Positions 44,061 through 59,300 are shown, numbered from the stretch's first letter. The stretch: 64,000 nucleotides of DNA from Octopus vulgaris (GCA_951406725.2 OX597840.1:22506001-22570000); one strand, 5' to 3'. Program-made: numbers and translations. Notes: generated by a model from the sequence alone, not told the origin.

Positions 44061-45685
44061 AGTGGCTTCAGATGTTGCTCATATTTTTCCCATGTGTCGT
44101 CAATGTATTAATTTCACAAGTGGATGACAGAAATTCTAATATAGGCGTGGAGGGAGTTGATATTCTAACTGCGAGTGCAAAGCACCCAATGCCCCTCTAC
44201 ATTCTGAATAAATTGTATGTTTGTGCTAGTTACGGTTAGGGTTTTATGTGTGAGTGTGTAACTGCGTTTTCATTTCTGTGTGTGGGTGCTTATGTTTGTG
44301 TGTTTGTGCGTATGTTAGTGTGTGAGAGTTTGGATATGTTACCGTATTTTCCATTTGTATTTGTGTGTGTCTGTGTTTGTGCATGTGTAGGTATGTAACT
44401 GTTTTCATTTCTGTGTTTGTCCGCGTGTTTGAGTGTGTGAATATGTATCTGTATTTTTATTTGTGTTTGTCTTTGTGTGTATGTGAGTGTTTTTGTGAGA
44501 ATTTTTTTCAGTGTTTGTGTGCGTGGGACTTTTTATATGTGTGTGTGTTGCTATTTTCATTTAAGTGTCTGTGTTTGTGTGAATGTTTTTATTTTTGTGT
44601 GTACGTGTGTGTGAGCGACTGTGTTTTTATTCGTTTGTTTGTGCGACAATTACAGCTACAACAAACACTACTGTACCCCAAGGCCGACCTAATCCTTGTG
44701 ATTGGATTTAGTGGAAGGAAACTGATAAAATACCATCGTATATATGTTTAAATGTGTGCGTGTGTGTGTGTGCGTTTGTTCGCACTTGAAGGGCACAACT
44801 TATTGAAAACATAAAATAGCTTTGCATGTATCTATGTGCGGAAGTGTGGGTATTTGTTCGTGTGTGAGCACACTCCACACATACCCAAGGTTGTCGCATC
44901 GGCTGTGACCCAACCGCGAAAGTCTGTTTTACCCAGACATACACATACAGATATACGTGTATATACCCACGCACGTATATGTAGTGTCTAAAACAAAAAA
45001 GAAGCTAAGGGATGGAATGTGAGTTCTTTCCGTTTTATTAAGAAAACTTGCATCTACATGTGTGATAGTACGTGAATGCATTCTCGTGTGCCCTTCGAGT
45101 GTCATTATTACTTTATTACAGATATTACAACATGAAACGTATTATATGACGTTAGGGAAGTAACTCTAGGAGATATTTTCTGCTATCTCCCTAGTGAACA
45201 TGGACTTTTCTCGTTATTTACTCTTTTACTCTCATTTGTTTCAGTCATTTGACTGTGGCCATGTTGGAGCACGACCTTTAGTCGAGCATACCGACCCCAG
45301 GACTTATTCATTGTAGGCCTAGTGCTTATTCTATCAGTCTCTTTCGCTGAACCTCTAAGTTATGGGGACGTAAACAGACTAATATCCGTTGTGTAGCAAT
45401 GTTTGGGAACAAAGACACACACGCACACATAAACATATATATGACTGGAGTTTTCCAGTTTCCTTCCACCAAATCCAATCACAAGGCTTTGGTCGGCTCG
45501 GGGCTATAGTAGATTTTTCAAACGATGCTGGTGTGTTTTTCGCCCTGTATTTCAGCGGCTCGGCAGAAAAGAATAAGTTAGAATAAATACTAGGCTTAGA
45601 AAGAATAAGTGCTGCTGACGATGTGCTCGAAGAAGATAGATTGGTATATATATATATATATATATTTATAAAGATATATCAGATA

Positions 45686-47106
45686 TATATAAACTTAGAT
45701 ATGTTTCGACCAAAGATTGGTCCAGGACATGTCTAACTTAATAGCACCACCTGATAGGATTATTCGAATCCTGTTTAAGTCAAGTTTTGTTCAAGTAGTG
45801 AGTTCTTGTTGGGTAGAGTTGTATCCAGTTTTGTTCAAGTAGTGAGTTCTTGTTGGGTGAGTTGTATCCAGTTTTGTTCAAGTAGTGAGTTCTTGTTGGG
45901 TGACTTGTATCCAATTATGGGTGGCTTATCTGGTATTCTTTGAAGGAATCTATCCAGACTCTGTTTAAAGTTGATGGGATCCTTTTCCTCTTTGATCTCT
46001 CTCGGGACAATGTTAAATAGGGCAGGGCCTGTTGAGGAAAAGAAATTATGTTGCAGTGTACATGTATGTTGTGATCTTGAATTGGGCAGGGGACGTATAG
46101 CCCGTGGTCCAAGTCTTGGATGAACCTTGAAGCTAATGTTTAGGTCGTTTGGGCATAGTTGGCGGTATATTTTCCACATCGTACAAATGATGTACCGCTC
46201 ACGCTGGAGGGAGTAAAGTTTCAAGGCTTTAAGGCAATCCCAATAATCGACAGCAGCCATGCCTTCAATTCGTTTAGTGAGTGCCCTCTGGGGTGACTCA
46301 ATTCTGGAGATGTTTAGTCTTGTTTGAGGAGACCACAGTGGGCAGCAGTATTCAAGGTGTGGCCGTACAAAGGAGGAAAAAAGTGGTATGATGACACCTT
46401 GTTCTCTGGACCGGAAAGTTCTTAAGATCCAGGAACTCATCCTACGAGCTATATCGACCTTCTTGTTGATGTGTGCACTCCAACTGTGATGGTCATCAAC
46501 AATTACACCCAGTTCTCTGATATTGTTAGAGGCTGTGAGCGGTTCCCCTGAAGGAAGAGAGTATGGCTGTTTTAGTGAGGAGTTTCTTCCAAAATGCATC
46601 AGCTCAAATTTTCCCTCGTTTAGTTGTATTTTGTTTCTGTTTGCCCATTGACTCACAGCATATAGATCAGACTGGAGTTGAGTTCGGTCTGCTTCTTCAT
46701 TGACGATTTACTGGAGCTTGGTGTCATCAGCAAATATTTTCACTTTGCAGTAATGTACGACACTGGAAAGGTCGTTTATGTAGATTATGAAGAGTAGCGG
46801 ACCCAAGACAGTCCCCTGGGGGTCACCACTGGTGGTGACTTTTGCTGGGCTTGAGTGGACTCCATCAACTACAACATGTTGTGTTGTATTCGCCAGGAAA
46901 TACTTGATCCAGTGTAGAACTTCAATGTGGTGTAAGAGCTGTGTTAGACAGTCCCTGCCACAGCGAAAGCCATGCTGTTATGCATTTAGGAGTTTGTGGG
47001 TCTCCAGGAAGTCAGCCATCCTTGATCTTAACACTCTTTCAAACACTTTGATGATGTGGGAGGTGAGTGAGATTTGGCGATAGTTGAGTGCGAGGGATCT
47101 GTTTCC
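45686..47106 (-). mobile_element. Third copy of the CR1-type LINE (3' part), with an internal deletion and a 39-bp triplication near the ORF end
   Basis: Matches ~13080-14540. ORF 45835-46656 contains RPHLEYCCPLWSP. Deletion junction agtgtagaac|ttcaatgtgg at ~46921. agttttgttcaagtagtgagttcttgttggg occurs three times at 45783-45910. Confidence 0.92.
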
Positions 47107-48058
47107 ACAAACAAGCCTCGTTCACACATGCGTCTATACAAACAAGCCTCGTTCACCCGTCATGCGTCCATACAAACAATCCTTGTTCATCGTCATGCGT
47201 CCATACAAACAATCCTCGTTCACCCGTAATGCGTCCATACAAACAAGCCTCGTTCACACGTCATGCGTCTATACAAACGAGCCTCGTTCACACATGCGTC
47301 CATACAAACAAGCCTCGTTAACACATCATGCGTCCATACAAAAAGCCTCGTTCACCCGTCATGCGTCCATACAAACAAGCCTCGTTCACCCGTCATGCGT
47401 CCATACAAAGAAGCATCGTTCACTGTCATGCGTCCATACAAACAAGCCTCGTTCACCCGTCATGCGTCCATTCAAACAAGCCTCGTTCACACGTCATGCG
47501 TCCATACAAACAAGCCTCGTTTACACGTCATGCGTCCATACAAAAAGCCTCGTTCACCTCGTTCACACAAGCCTCGTCATGCGTCTATACAAACAAGCCT
47601 CGTTCACCCGTCATGCGTCTATACAAACAAGCCTCGTTCACCCGTCATGCGTCTATACAAACAAGCCTCGTTCACCCGTCATGCGTCTATACAAACAAGC
47701 CTCGTTCACCCGTCATGCGTCCATACAAACAATCCTCGTTCATCCGTCATGCGTCCATACAAACAATCCTCGTTCACCCGTAATGTGTCCATACAAACAA
47801 GCCTCGTTCACCCGTCATGCGTCTATACAAACAAGCCTCGTTCACACATCATGCGTCAATACAAACAAGCCTCGTTCACACATGCGTCCATACAAACAAG
47901 CCTCGTTCACACATCATTCGTCCATACAAATATGCCTAGTTCACATCATGCGTCCATACAAACAAGCCTCGTTCACACATCATTCGTCCATACAAACAAG
48001 CTTCGTTCACACATCATGCGTTTATACACACAAGCCTCGTTCACACATGCGTCCATAC
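47107..48058. repeat. 34-bp minisatellite (ACAAACAAGCCTCGTTCACCCGTCATGCGTCCAT), ~28 copies
   Basis: Directly visible tandem units. Confidence 0.95.
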
Positions 48059-48073
48059 ATAGATTTTCATACA

Positions 48074-48215
48074 TTCAGGGGCTTTTAATTCAGGGATAGG
48101 TAATTCAGGGGCACGTAATTCATGGGACGGTAATTCAGGGGCAGGTAATTCAGGGGCATGTAATTGAGGAGCAGGTACTTCAGGGGCATGTAATTCAGGG
48201 GCATGTAATTCAGGG
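48074..48215. repeat. Short array (~9 units) of the 15-bp satellite
   Basis: gtaattcaggggca(t/g) units following the minisatellite. Confidence 0.9.
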
Positions 48216-48411
48216 TTAGTGAGTGTAACTGTATTTTTCATTTCTATTTGTGTGTGTCTGTGTTTGTGCATGTGTACGTATGTAACTGTTCTAATTTCTG
48301 TGTTTGACCGCGTGTTTGAGTGTGAATATGTATTTGTATTTTCATTTGTGTGTTTGTGTTTGTGCGTATGTGAGTGTGTGTGTCTGAGTAGTTTTTTTCA
48401 GTGTTTGTTTA

Positions 48412-48450
<39 letters not shown>

Positions 48451-48464
48451 TATATGTTTAGGAG

Positions 48465-48502
<38 letters not shown>

Positions 48503-49316
48503 ATGGCCATAATGGGACATCCGACTCACTAGAGAGAGCAGTTAAACTCCAAAAAATCGTAAAAGTGTGTCATATCTGAATAATATAATTGAGAGTTACT
48601 TCCCTCGCATATTATAATTTAACGAAAGTAATTAAATTACATTTACGGAAAGTAACTCTGGAAGATGTTATCTAGTTATCTCCCTTCCGAGAGTTAATTT
48701 CCTAAAATATAATTTTATTATTGTTAAAATATAATATTCAAGGGAAGTAACTGTTAGAAGATACTGTGTAGTTATCTCCCTTAAGTATGTAGTTATCGTA
48801 ATATACACTTTGTCGCTCTTAGACTCTTTCAGTTAATTCACTGTGACCATGGTGGAGCACCGCCTTTAGTGAAGCAAATCAACCACAGGAATTATTATTT
48901 GTAAGCCTATTACTTAATGTATAGGTCTCTTTTGCAGAACCGATAAGTTACTGCGTTTTCATTTCTGTGTGTGTTTGTGCGTATGTGAGTGTGTGAGAGT
49001 TTGGATGTGTAACTGTGTCTTTTTCGTTGCTATGTGTGTTGTGTGTGTTTGTGCGTGTGTAGGTATGTAACTGTTTTCATTTCAGTGTTTGTGTATGTGT
49101 GAATGATTTTATTTCTGTGTGTAAGTGTGTGTGAGCCTCTGTGTGTTTGTATTCGTTTGTGTGTGTGCGACAATTACAGCTACAACAAACACTTTAAGCA
49201 TCTCTAAGATACCCACATTTGTATATCCCTAATTTCTAAATGAAAAGAAGTTCAATTTATTGCACCTTTAGCGACTTCAGATTTGCGAGTGTTAAGCACC
49301 CCGTATATACATACCT

Positions 49317-49570
49317 TGATCGGCCATAATTGGCCTCATTCGGAGATCTCTCGGGTGTGGAATATTTATGACTATAGAAGTTAACTTGTTACAGGTTTTG
49401 TTTTTGGCTCAACTTTTGTAGATTTTGGGAAGTCCATAGATGTTACTGGCTTTGCAGTCAAATCTAGTCAAGCAATTTGTCTCCTTGTTTGTTAAACCGT
49501 GTTGGAACTGGTGGATAAGAGTAGACAGTTTGGTCATTATCTTCGATTGACTGTAGTTGTTGATGCTTTT
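49317..49570 (-). pseudogene. Penelope RT fragment, paralog of 6953-7204
   Basis: Reverse complement of 6953-7204 with the same boundaries and flanks. Confidence 0.7.
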
Positions 49571-49698
49571 AACCGATACAGGTGTGTTTTACTCCCTGTA
49601 TTTTAGCGGTTCGGCAAAAGAGAACAAGTTAGAATAAATACTAGGCTTACAAAGAATATGTGCTGCGGACGATGTGCTCGATTAAAGGCGGCGCTCCA

Positions 49699-49739
<41 letters not shown>

Positions 49740-51907
49740 CACATACAGATATACGTATATATACCCACACACGCATATATATATAATCTAAAACAAAAAT
49801 GAAACTTGATTATGTCCGAAGAGTAGTACTAGATAACATTATTACTTTATATATTTGTGGGGTGTAGTGAAATGTAAATGATCAGCTGGTCAATATTTAT
49901 TTGACGTGTGGGTGTTTGTGCGTGTGTGAGGACAGTCCACCCATACCCAAGATTGTTGCGTTGTCTTATGGGACCCAGCCGCGAAACTTCCGGACCCCAT
50001 TAATGAACTCATTTGCATATCAACAATTAGGGCTCACATTGAAGTTGTCCGGTTAACAAACAGTAGTGTCTGAATGGGAATTAGCTTGCTTACCTAACAA
50101 TTACTTCCGAGTTCAGTCCCACTGAGTGGCACGTTAGGCAAATGTCTTCTACTAGCATATAGGCTCGAGGCGATAATAACTGTCTCGAGTCTATATGATA
50201 TTACTTTTCCAAATCCACCACTTTCGCGTGGTTTTCTCAGCAGTAAATATAAACCAGATAGATATTTATATATATGTTTCTGTGTCCCCAAAACCGCTTG
50301 ACAACCGATGCTGGTCTTTTTACACTCCAGTAACTTCGGGAAAAGACGACCAATAAATAATATTCTAGGCTGTCATAGAGTAAGTCCTAGTGTCGATTTG
50401 CTCTAGAAAAGCGTTAAAGGGTGTGTGTCACGTCTGAATTATATATTCTAGAGCTATTTCTCTCGCATATTATAATTTAATAAAAGTAAAATAATTATAT
50501 GTAAGGAAAGTAACTCTGGAAGATGTTATCTAGTTATCTCCCTTCCGAGAGTTAATATCCTAAAATATTTTATTGTTAAAATATAATATTCAAGGGAAGT
50601 AACTGTAGAAGATACTCTGTAGTTATCTCCCTTAAGTATGTAGTTATCGTAATATACGCTTTGTCGCTCTTATACTCTTTCAGTTATTTCACTGTGACCA
50701 TGGTGGAGCACCGCCTTTAGTCAAGCAAATCAACCCCAGCAATTATTCTTTGTATGCCTATTACTTCACGTATAGGTCTCTTTTGCAGAACCGATAAGTT
50801 ACGGGGACGTAATGTTCGATGTACTGATTTAGTAGGTATTTATTTATTGTAAGAACTTCAATTATTATAAATTATGTGCTAGGAAAAATACTAGAAACTT
50901 TTTTGACAGACCTATTGGGGCTCCTTGTGTGTGTGGGACTGTTTTTATTTATGTGAGTATGGGTATTTTCATTTCAGTGGTTGTTTGTGTGTGTGTGAGA
51001 GTGTTTTTATTTCTGTGTGCGCGAGTGTGTGAGCGACTGAGTGTTTCTATTTGTTTGTGTGTGTGCGACACTTACAAATGCAACAAGCACTTTGACCATT
51101 TCTAAGATACCCACATTTGAGATCACTAACTACTAAATCAAAATAAGTTCAATTTATTGCACCTTTAGTGACTTCAGATGTTGCTCATATTTTCCCCATG
51201 TGTCGACAATGTATTAATTTCACAAGTGGATAAAAGAAATTCTCATACTGGCGTGGAGGGGGCTGATATTCTAACTGCGAGTTCAATGCACCCAATGCCC
51301 CTTTACATTCTGAATAACTTGTATGTTTGTGCTAGTTAGGGTTAGGGTTTATGTGTGAGTGTGTAACTGTGTTTTCATTTCTGTGTGTGGGTGCTTATGT
51401 TTGTGTGTATGTGTGTTTGTGCGTATGTTAGTGTGTTAGAGTTTGGATGTGTTACCGTATTTTCCATTTGTATTTGTGTGTGTCTGTGTTTGTGCATGTG
51501 TAGGTATGTAACTGTTTTCATTTCTGTGTTTGTCCGCGTGTTTGAGTGTGTGAATATGTATCTGTATTTTTATTTTTTGTGCGTATGTGAGTGTTTTTGT
51601 GAGAATTTTTTTTTCAGTGTTTGTGTGCGTGGGACTTTTTATATGTGTGTGTGTGTTGCTATCTTCATTTCAGTGTCTGTGTTTGTGTGAATGTTTTTAT
51701 TTTTGTGTGTACGTGTGTGTGAGCGACTGTGTTTTTATTCGTTTGTTTGTGCGACGATTACAGCTACAGCAGACACCTTAAGCATCTCCAAGATACCCAC
51801 ATTTGCAGATCCCTAAGTTCTAAATGAAAAGAAGTTCAATTTATTGCACCTTTAGCGACTTCAGATTTGCGAGTGTTAAGCAGCCAATGCCTCCCGTATC
51901 TACATAC

Positions 51908-52152
51908 ATGGATTGGCCATAATTGGCCTCATTCGGATATCTCTCGGGTGTGGAATATTTATAACTATAGAAGTTAACTTGTTACAGGTTTTGTTTATGG
52001 CTTAACTTTTGTAGATTTTGGGAAGTTCATAGATGTTACTGGCTTTGCAGTGAAATCTAGTCAAGCAATTTGTCTCCTTTTTTGTTAAATGGTGTTGGAA
52101 CTGGTGGATAAAAGTAGACAGTTTGGTCATTACCTTCGAACGACTGTAGCTG
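51908..52152 (-). pseudogene. Penelope RT fragment, second paralog of 6953-7204
   Basis: Collinear with 49317-49570. Confidence 0.7.
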
Positions 52153-52869
52153 TTTTACTCCCTGTATTTTAGCGGTTCGGCAAAAGAGAATAAAATACTA
52201 GGCTTACAAAGAAGTGCTGCGGACGATGTGATCAACTAAAGGCGGCGCTCCAGTATTATATATATATATATATATATACTTACAGATATACGTGTATATA
52301 CCCACATACGCATATATACTATATAAAACAAAAAAGAAACTTGATTATGTCATTATTACTTTCTTACAGATATTACAACATGAAACGTATTATATGACGT
52401 TAGGGAAGTAACTCTAGGAGATATTTTCTGCTATCTCCCTAGTTAACAGGTCATGGACTTTTCTCGTTATTTAACTCTTTTACTCTCATTTACTTGTTTC
52501 AGTCATTTCACTGTGGCCATGTTGGAGCACGACCTTTAGTCGATCATATCGACCCCAGGACTTATTCATTGTAGGCCTAGTGCTTATTCTATCAGTCTAT
52601 TTCGCTGAACCTCTAAGTTATGGGGACGTAAACAGACTAGCATCCGTTGTGTAGCAATGTTTGGGAACAAAGACACACGCACACATAAACATATATATGA
52701 CTGGAGTTTTCCAGTTTCCTTCCACCAAATCCAATCACAAGGCTTTGGTCGGCTCGGGGCTATAGTAGATTTTTCAAACAATGCTGGTGTGTTTTCCTCC
52801 CTGTATTTCAGCGGCTCGGCAGAAAAGAATAAGTTAGAATAAATACTAGGCTTAGAAAGAATAAGTGCT

Positions 52870-53302
52870 GCCTCGTTCACCCATCATGCGTCCATACAAA
52901 CATGCCTCGTTCACACATCATGCGTCCATACAAACATGCCTCGTTCACACATCATGCGTCCATACAAACAAGCCTCTTTCACACATGCGTCCATACAAAC
53001 AAGCCACGTTCACACATCATGCGCCCACTCATACACACCTCGTTCACACATCATGCGTCCATTCAAACAAGCCTCGTTCACACATCATGCGTCCAAACAA
53101 CCAAGCCTCGTTCACACATCATGCGTTCATACAAACAAGCCTCGTTCACACATCATGCGTCCATACAAATATGCCTCGTTCACATATCTTGCGTCCATAC
53201 AAACAAGCCTCGTTCACACATCATGCGTCCATACAAACAAGCCTCGTTCACACATCATGCGTCCATACACACAAGCCTCGTCCACACATCATGCGTCCAT
53301 AC
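52870..53302. repeat. 34-bp minisatellite, second array (~13 copies)
   Basis: acaaacaagcctcgttcacacatcatgcgtccat units. Confidence 0.95.
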
Positions 53303-53317
53303 ATAGATATTCATACA

Positions 53318-56300
53318 TTCAGGGACATGTAATTCAGGGACAGGTAATTCAGGGGCAGGTAATTCAAGGCAGGTAATCCAGGCGCAGGAAATTCAGGGGC
53401 AGGTAATCCAGGTGCATGTATTTCAGGGACAGGTAATTCAGGGGCATGTAATTAAGGGGCAGGAAATTCAGGGACATGTAATTCAGGGCCATGTAATTCA
53501 CGGGCAGGTAATTGAGGGGCATGTAATTCAGGGGTATGTAATTCAGGGTCAGGTTATTCAGGTGTAGGTTATTCAGGGGCAGGTAATCCAGGGTTAAGTA
53601 ATTAAGGGGCATGTAATTCAGGGGCATGTAATTCAGAGCAAGGTAATTCAGAGGCAGTTAATTGAGGGGCATGTAATTCAGGGGCAGGTAATTCAGGTTT
53701 ATGTAATCCAGGTGCAGGTAATTCAGGGGAATGTAATTCAGGTGCATGTAATTCAGGGGCATGTAATTGAGGTGCAGGTAATTGAGGGGCATATAATTCA
53801 GGTGTATGTAATTCAGGGGAATGTAATTCAGGGGAATGTAATTTAGGGGAAGGTAATTCAGGGGTAATTCAGGGACAGGTAATTTAAAGGAATGTCATTC
53901 ATGGGCAGGTAATTCAGGGTTAGGTAATCCAGGGTATGTAATTCAGGGGCAATTAATTCAGATGAAAGGTAATTCAGGGGCAGGTAATCTAGGTGCAGGT
54001 AATTTAGGGATAGATAATTCAGAGGCATGTCATTCAGGTGCATGTAATTAAGAGGCATGTAATTGAGGGCCATGTAATTCAGGTGTTTGCAATTCAGGGG
54101 CAGGTAATTCAGATGCCTGTAATTTAGGGGCAGGTACTTCAGGGGTATGTAATTCAGGGGCAGGTAATTCAGGTGTATGTTATTCAGGGGCATGTAATTA
54201 AAGGGCGGGCAGGTAATTGAGGGGCATGTCATTCAGGGGCATGTAATTTAGGGGCAGGTAATTCACGGGCATGTAATTCAGGTGTATGTGATTCATTGGC
54301 AGGTAATTCATTGGCATGTAATTTAGGGGCAGGTAATTCACGAGCATGTAATTCAGGTGTATGTAATTCAGGGGCAGGTAATTCAGGTGCAGGTTATTCA
54401 GGGACTCAGGGGCATGTAATTGAGGGGAAGGTAATCCAGGTGCAGGTGATTTAGAGGAATGTCATTCATTGGCAGGTAATTCAGGGGCAGGTAATTCAGA
54501 GGAATGTAATTCAGGGGCATGTAATTCAGGGGCATGTAATTCAGATGAAAGGTAATTCAGGGGCAGGTAATTTATAGGAATGTCATTCATGGGCAGGTAA
54601 TTCAGGGTTAGGTAATTCAGGGGCAGGTAATTTAGGGGCATGTCATTCACGGGCAGGTAATTTAGGGATAGATAATTCAGAGGCAGGTCATTCAGGTGCA
54701 TGTAATTAAGAGGCATGTAATTGAGGGGCAGGTAATTCAGGTGTTTGTAATTCAGGGGCAGGTAATTCAGGGGAAGGTAATTCAGGGTCAGGTTATTTAG
54801 GGTTAGGTTATTCAGGGGCAGGTAATTCAGATGTATGTTATTCAGGGGAAGGTAATTCAGGGGCAGGTAATTCAGGGGCATGTAATTAAGGGGCAGGTAG
54901 TTCAGGGGCATGTAATTCATGGGCAGGTAATTGAGGGGCATGTAATTCAGGGGCATGTAATTGAGGTGCAGGTATTTGAGGGGCATGTAATTCAGGTGTA
55001 TGTAATTCAGGGGCATGTAATTCATGGGTGGGTAATTCAGAGGAATGTAATTCAGGGAAGGTAATTTAGAGGATTGTCATTCAGGGGCAGGTAATTCTGG
55101 GTAAGGAAATCCAGGGGCATGTAATTCAGGGGTAATTCAGGGACAGGTAATTTAGAGGAATGTCATTCATGGGCAGGTTATTCAGGGGCAGGTAATTCAG
55201 GGGCAGGTAATTCAGGGGCAGGTAATTCAGATGTATGTTATTCAGGGGAAGGTAATTCAGGGGCAGGTAATCCAGGGGATGTAATTAAGGGGCAGGTAGT
55301 TCAGGGGCATGTAATTCATGGGCAGGTAATTTAGGGGCATGTAATTCAGGGGCATGTAATTGAGGTGCAGGTAATTGAGGGGCATGTAATTCAGGTGTAT
55401 GTAATTCAGGGGCATGTAATTCATGGGTGGGTAATTCAGAGGAATGTAATTCAGGGAAGGTAATTTAGAGGATTGTCATTCAGGGGCAGGTAATTCTGGG
55501 TTAGGAAATCCAGGGGCATGTAATTCAGGGGCATGTAATTCAGGGGCAGGTAATTCAGGGGATGGTAATTTAGGGATAGGTAATTCAGGGCCATGTCATT
55601 CAGGGGAAGGTAATTGAGGGTCAGGTTATTCAGGTGTAGGTTATTCAGGGGCAGGTAATCCAGGGTTAAGTAATTAAGGGGTATGTAATTCAGAGCAAGG
55701 TAATTCAGTGGCAGGTAATTGAGGGGCATGTAATTCAGGTGCAGTTAATTCAGGTTTATGTAATCCAGGTGCAGGTAATTCAGGGGAATGTAATTCAGGT
55801 GCATGTAATTAAGGGGCATGTAATTCAGGTGTATGTAATTGAGGTGCATGTAATTCAGGGGTAGGTAATTAAGGGGCACGTAATTCAGGGGCATGTAATT
55901 CATGGGTGGGTAATTCAGAGGAATGTAATTCAGGGGCATGTAATTCAGGGGTAATTCAGGGAAGGTAATTTAGAGGATTGTCATTCAGGGGCAGGTAATT
56001 CAGGGTTAGGTAATCCAGGGGAAGGTAATTCAGGGACAGGTAATTTAGAGGAATGTCATTCATAGGCAGGTAATTCAGGGGCAGGTAATTCAGGGGTATG
56101 TAATTCAGTGGATTGTAATTCAGAGAAAATGTTATTCAGGGGCAGGTAATCTAGGTGCAGGTAATTCAAGGGCAGGTCGTTCAGGTGCTTGTAATTAAGA
56201 GGCATCTAATTGAGGGCCATGTAATTCAGATGTTTGCAATTCAGCGGCAGGTAATTCAGATGCATGTAATTTAGGGGCAAGTACTTCAGGGGTATGTAAT

Positions 56301-59300
56301 TCAGGGGCAGGTAATTCAGATGTATGTAATTCAGGGGTAATTCAGGGGCAGGTAATTCAGGGGCATGTAATTAAGGGGAAGGTAGTTCAGGGGCATGTAA
56401 TTCATGGGCAGGTAATTGAAGGGCATGTAATTTAGGGGCAGGTAATTCACGGGCATGTAATTCAGGTGTATGTAATTCTTGGGCAGGTAATTGAGGGGCA
56501 GATAGTTCAGGGGCAGGTAATTCAGGTGTATGTAATTCAGGTGCATGTAATTCATGGGCAGGTAATTCAGGGGTATGTAATTCAGGGACATGTCATTCAG
56601 GGAAGGTAATTCAGGGGCATGTAATTCAGGGGCATGTAATTCATGGGCGGGTAATTGAGGGGAAGGTAATCCAGGTGCAGGTGATTTAGAGTAATGTCAT
56701 TCATTGGCAGGTAATTCAGGGGCAGGTATTCAGAGGAATGTAATTCAGTGGCATGTAATTCAGGGGAAGGTAATTAAGGGACAGGTAATTTATAGGAATG
56801 TTATTCATGGGCAGGTAATTCAGGGGCAGGTAATTCAGGGGTATGTAATTCAGGGGCATGTAATTCAGATGAAAGGTAATTCAGGGGCATGTCAATCACG
56901 GGCAGGTAATTTAGGGATAGATAATTCAGAGGCAGGTAATTCAGGTGTTTGCAATTCAGGGGCGGGTAATTCAGATGCATGTTATTTAGGGGCAGGTAAT
57001 TCAGGGGCAGGTACTTCAGGGGTATGTAATTCAGGGCAGGTAATTCAGGGGTATGTAATTCAGGGCAGGTAATTCAGGGGAAGGTAATTCAGATGTATGT
57101 TATTCAGGGGAAGGTAATTCAGGGGCAGGTAATCCAGGGGCATGTAATTCAGGGGCAGGTAATCCAGGGGCATGTAGTTCAGGGGCAGGTAGTTCAGGGG
57201 CATGTAATTCATGGGCAGGTAATTGAGGGGCATGTCATTCAGGGGAATGTAATTTAGGGGCAGGTAATTCACGGGCAGGTAATTCACGGGCATGTAATTC
57301 AGGGGTATGTAATTTATGGGCAGCTAATTCAGGGGTATGTAATTCAGGGGAATGTCATTCAGGGGCAGGTAATTCGGGCATGTAATTCATGTGCGGGTAA
57401 TTGAGGGGAAGGTAATCCAGGTGCAGGTGATTTAGAGTAATGTCATTCATTGGCAGGTAATTCAGGGGCTTGTAATACAGAGCAATGTAATTCAGGGGAA
57501 GGTAATCCAGGGGGGGAGGTAATTTATAGGAATGTCATTCATGAGCAGGTAATTCAGGGTCTTGTAATTCAGGGGCATGTAATTGAGGTGCAGGTAATTG
57601 AGGGGCTTGTAATCCAGGTGTATGTAATTCAGGGGCATGTAATTCGTGGGTGGGTAATTCAGAGGAATGTAATTCGGGGGAAGGTAATCCAGGGGCAGGT
57701 AATTCAGGGACAGGTAATTTAGAAGAATGTCAATTCATGGGCAGGTAATCCAGGGGCATGTAATTCAGGGGCAGGTAATCGAGGTGCATGTAATTTAGGG
57801 GCATGTAATTCACGGGCAGGTAATTCAGGGGCTGGTGATTTAGGGATAGATAATTCAGAGGCATGTCATTCAGGGGCAGGTCATTCAGGTGCATGTAATT
57901 AAGAGACAGGTAATTCAGGGCCATGTAATTCAGGTGCTTGTAATTTAGGGGCAGGTACTTCAGGGGAAGGTAATTTAGGGGCATTTAATTCATGGGCAGG
58001 TAATTGAGGGGCATGTCATTCAGGGGCATGTAATTCACGGGCAGGTAATTCACGGGCATGTAATTCAAGTGTATATAATTCAGGGGCAGGTAATTCAGGT
58101 GCAGGTTATTCAGGGACTCAGGGGTAGATACTTCAGGGGCATGTAATTCTGGGGCAGGTAATTCAGGGGCATGTTATTCAGGGGCATGTCATTCAGGGAA
58201 GGTAATTCAGGGGCAGGTAATTCAGGGTTAGGTAATTCAGCGGCATGTAATTGAGGTGCAGGTAATTCAGGTGTCTGTAATTCAGGGGTAGGTAATTCAG
58301 GGGCATGTAATTCAGGGGCATGTAATTCGTGGGTGGGTAATTCAGAGGAATGTAATTCAGGGGAAGGTAATCCAGGGGCAGGTAATTCAGGGGTAATTCA
58401 GGGACAGGTAACTTAGAGGAATGTCATTCATCTGCAGGTAATTTAGGGGCAGGTAATCCAGGGGCATGTAATTCAGATGAAAGGTAATTCAGGGCATGTC
58501 ATTCACGGGCAGGTAATTCAGGGGCTGGTAATTTAGGGATAGATAATTCAGAGGCATGTCATTCAGGGGCAGGTCATTCAGGGTCATGTAATTTAGGGGC
58601 AGGTAATTCATGGCCATTTAATTCATGGGCAGGTAATTGGGGGGGCAGGTAATATATGGGCAGGTAATTGAGGGGCATGTCATTCAGGGGCAGGTAATTT
58701 AGGGGCAGGTAATTCAGGTGTATGTAATTCAGGGGCAGGTTATTCAGGGACTCAGGGGTAGATAATTCAGGGGCATGTAATTCAGGTGTATGTAATTCAG
58801 GGGCATGTAAATCAGTTGCATGTAATTGAGGGGCATGTAATTGAGGGGCATGTAATTCAGGTGTATGTTATTCAGGGGCAGGTTATTCAGGTATAGGTTA
58901 TTCAGGGGCAGGTAATCCAGGGGTAACTAATTAAGGGGCAGGTCATTCAGGGGCATGAAATTTAGGGGCTGGTAATTCACGGGCAGGTAATTCACGGGCA
59001 TGTAATTTATGGGAAGGTAATTCAGGGGTATGTAATTCAGGGGCAGGTAAATCGGGCATGTAATTCATGTGCGGGTAATTGAGGGGAAGGTAATCCAGGT
59101 GCAGGTGATTTAGAGTAATGTCATTCATTGGCAGGTAATTCAGGGGCAGGTAATACAGAGCAATGTAATTTAGGGGAAGGTAATCCAGGGGGAGGTAATT
59201 TATAGGAATGTCATTCATGGGCAGGTAATTCAGGGTCTTGTAATTCAGGGGCATGTAATTGAGGGGCTCGTAATCCAGGTGTATGTAATTCAGGGGCATG

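Noticed and set aside
47084-48099. Long ORFs in all three + frames, and CRISPR-like periodicity
   Set aside because: A stop-free 34-bp minisatellite with no unique spacers and no cas genes, in a eukaryotic context.
51334-51350. TTAGGG doublet (also ~44230) suggesting telomere sequence
   Set aside because: Only about two units inside a TG-rich repeat, insufficient for an interstitial telomere call.
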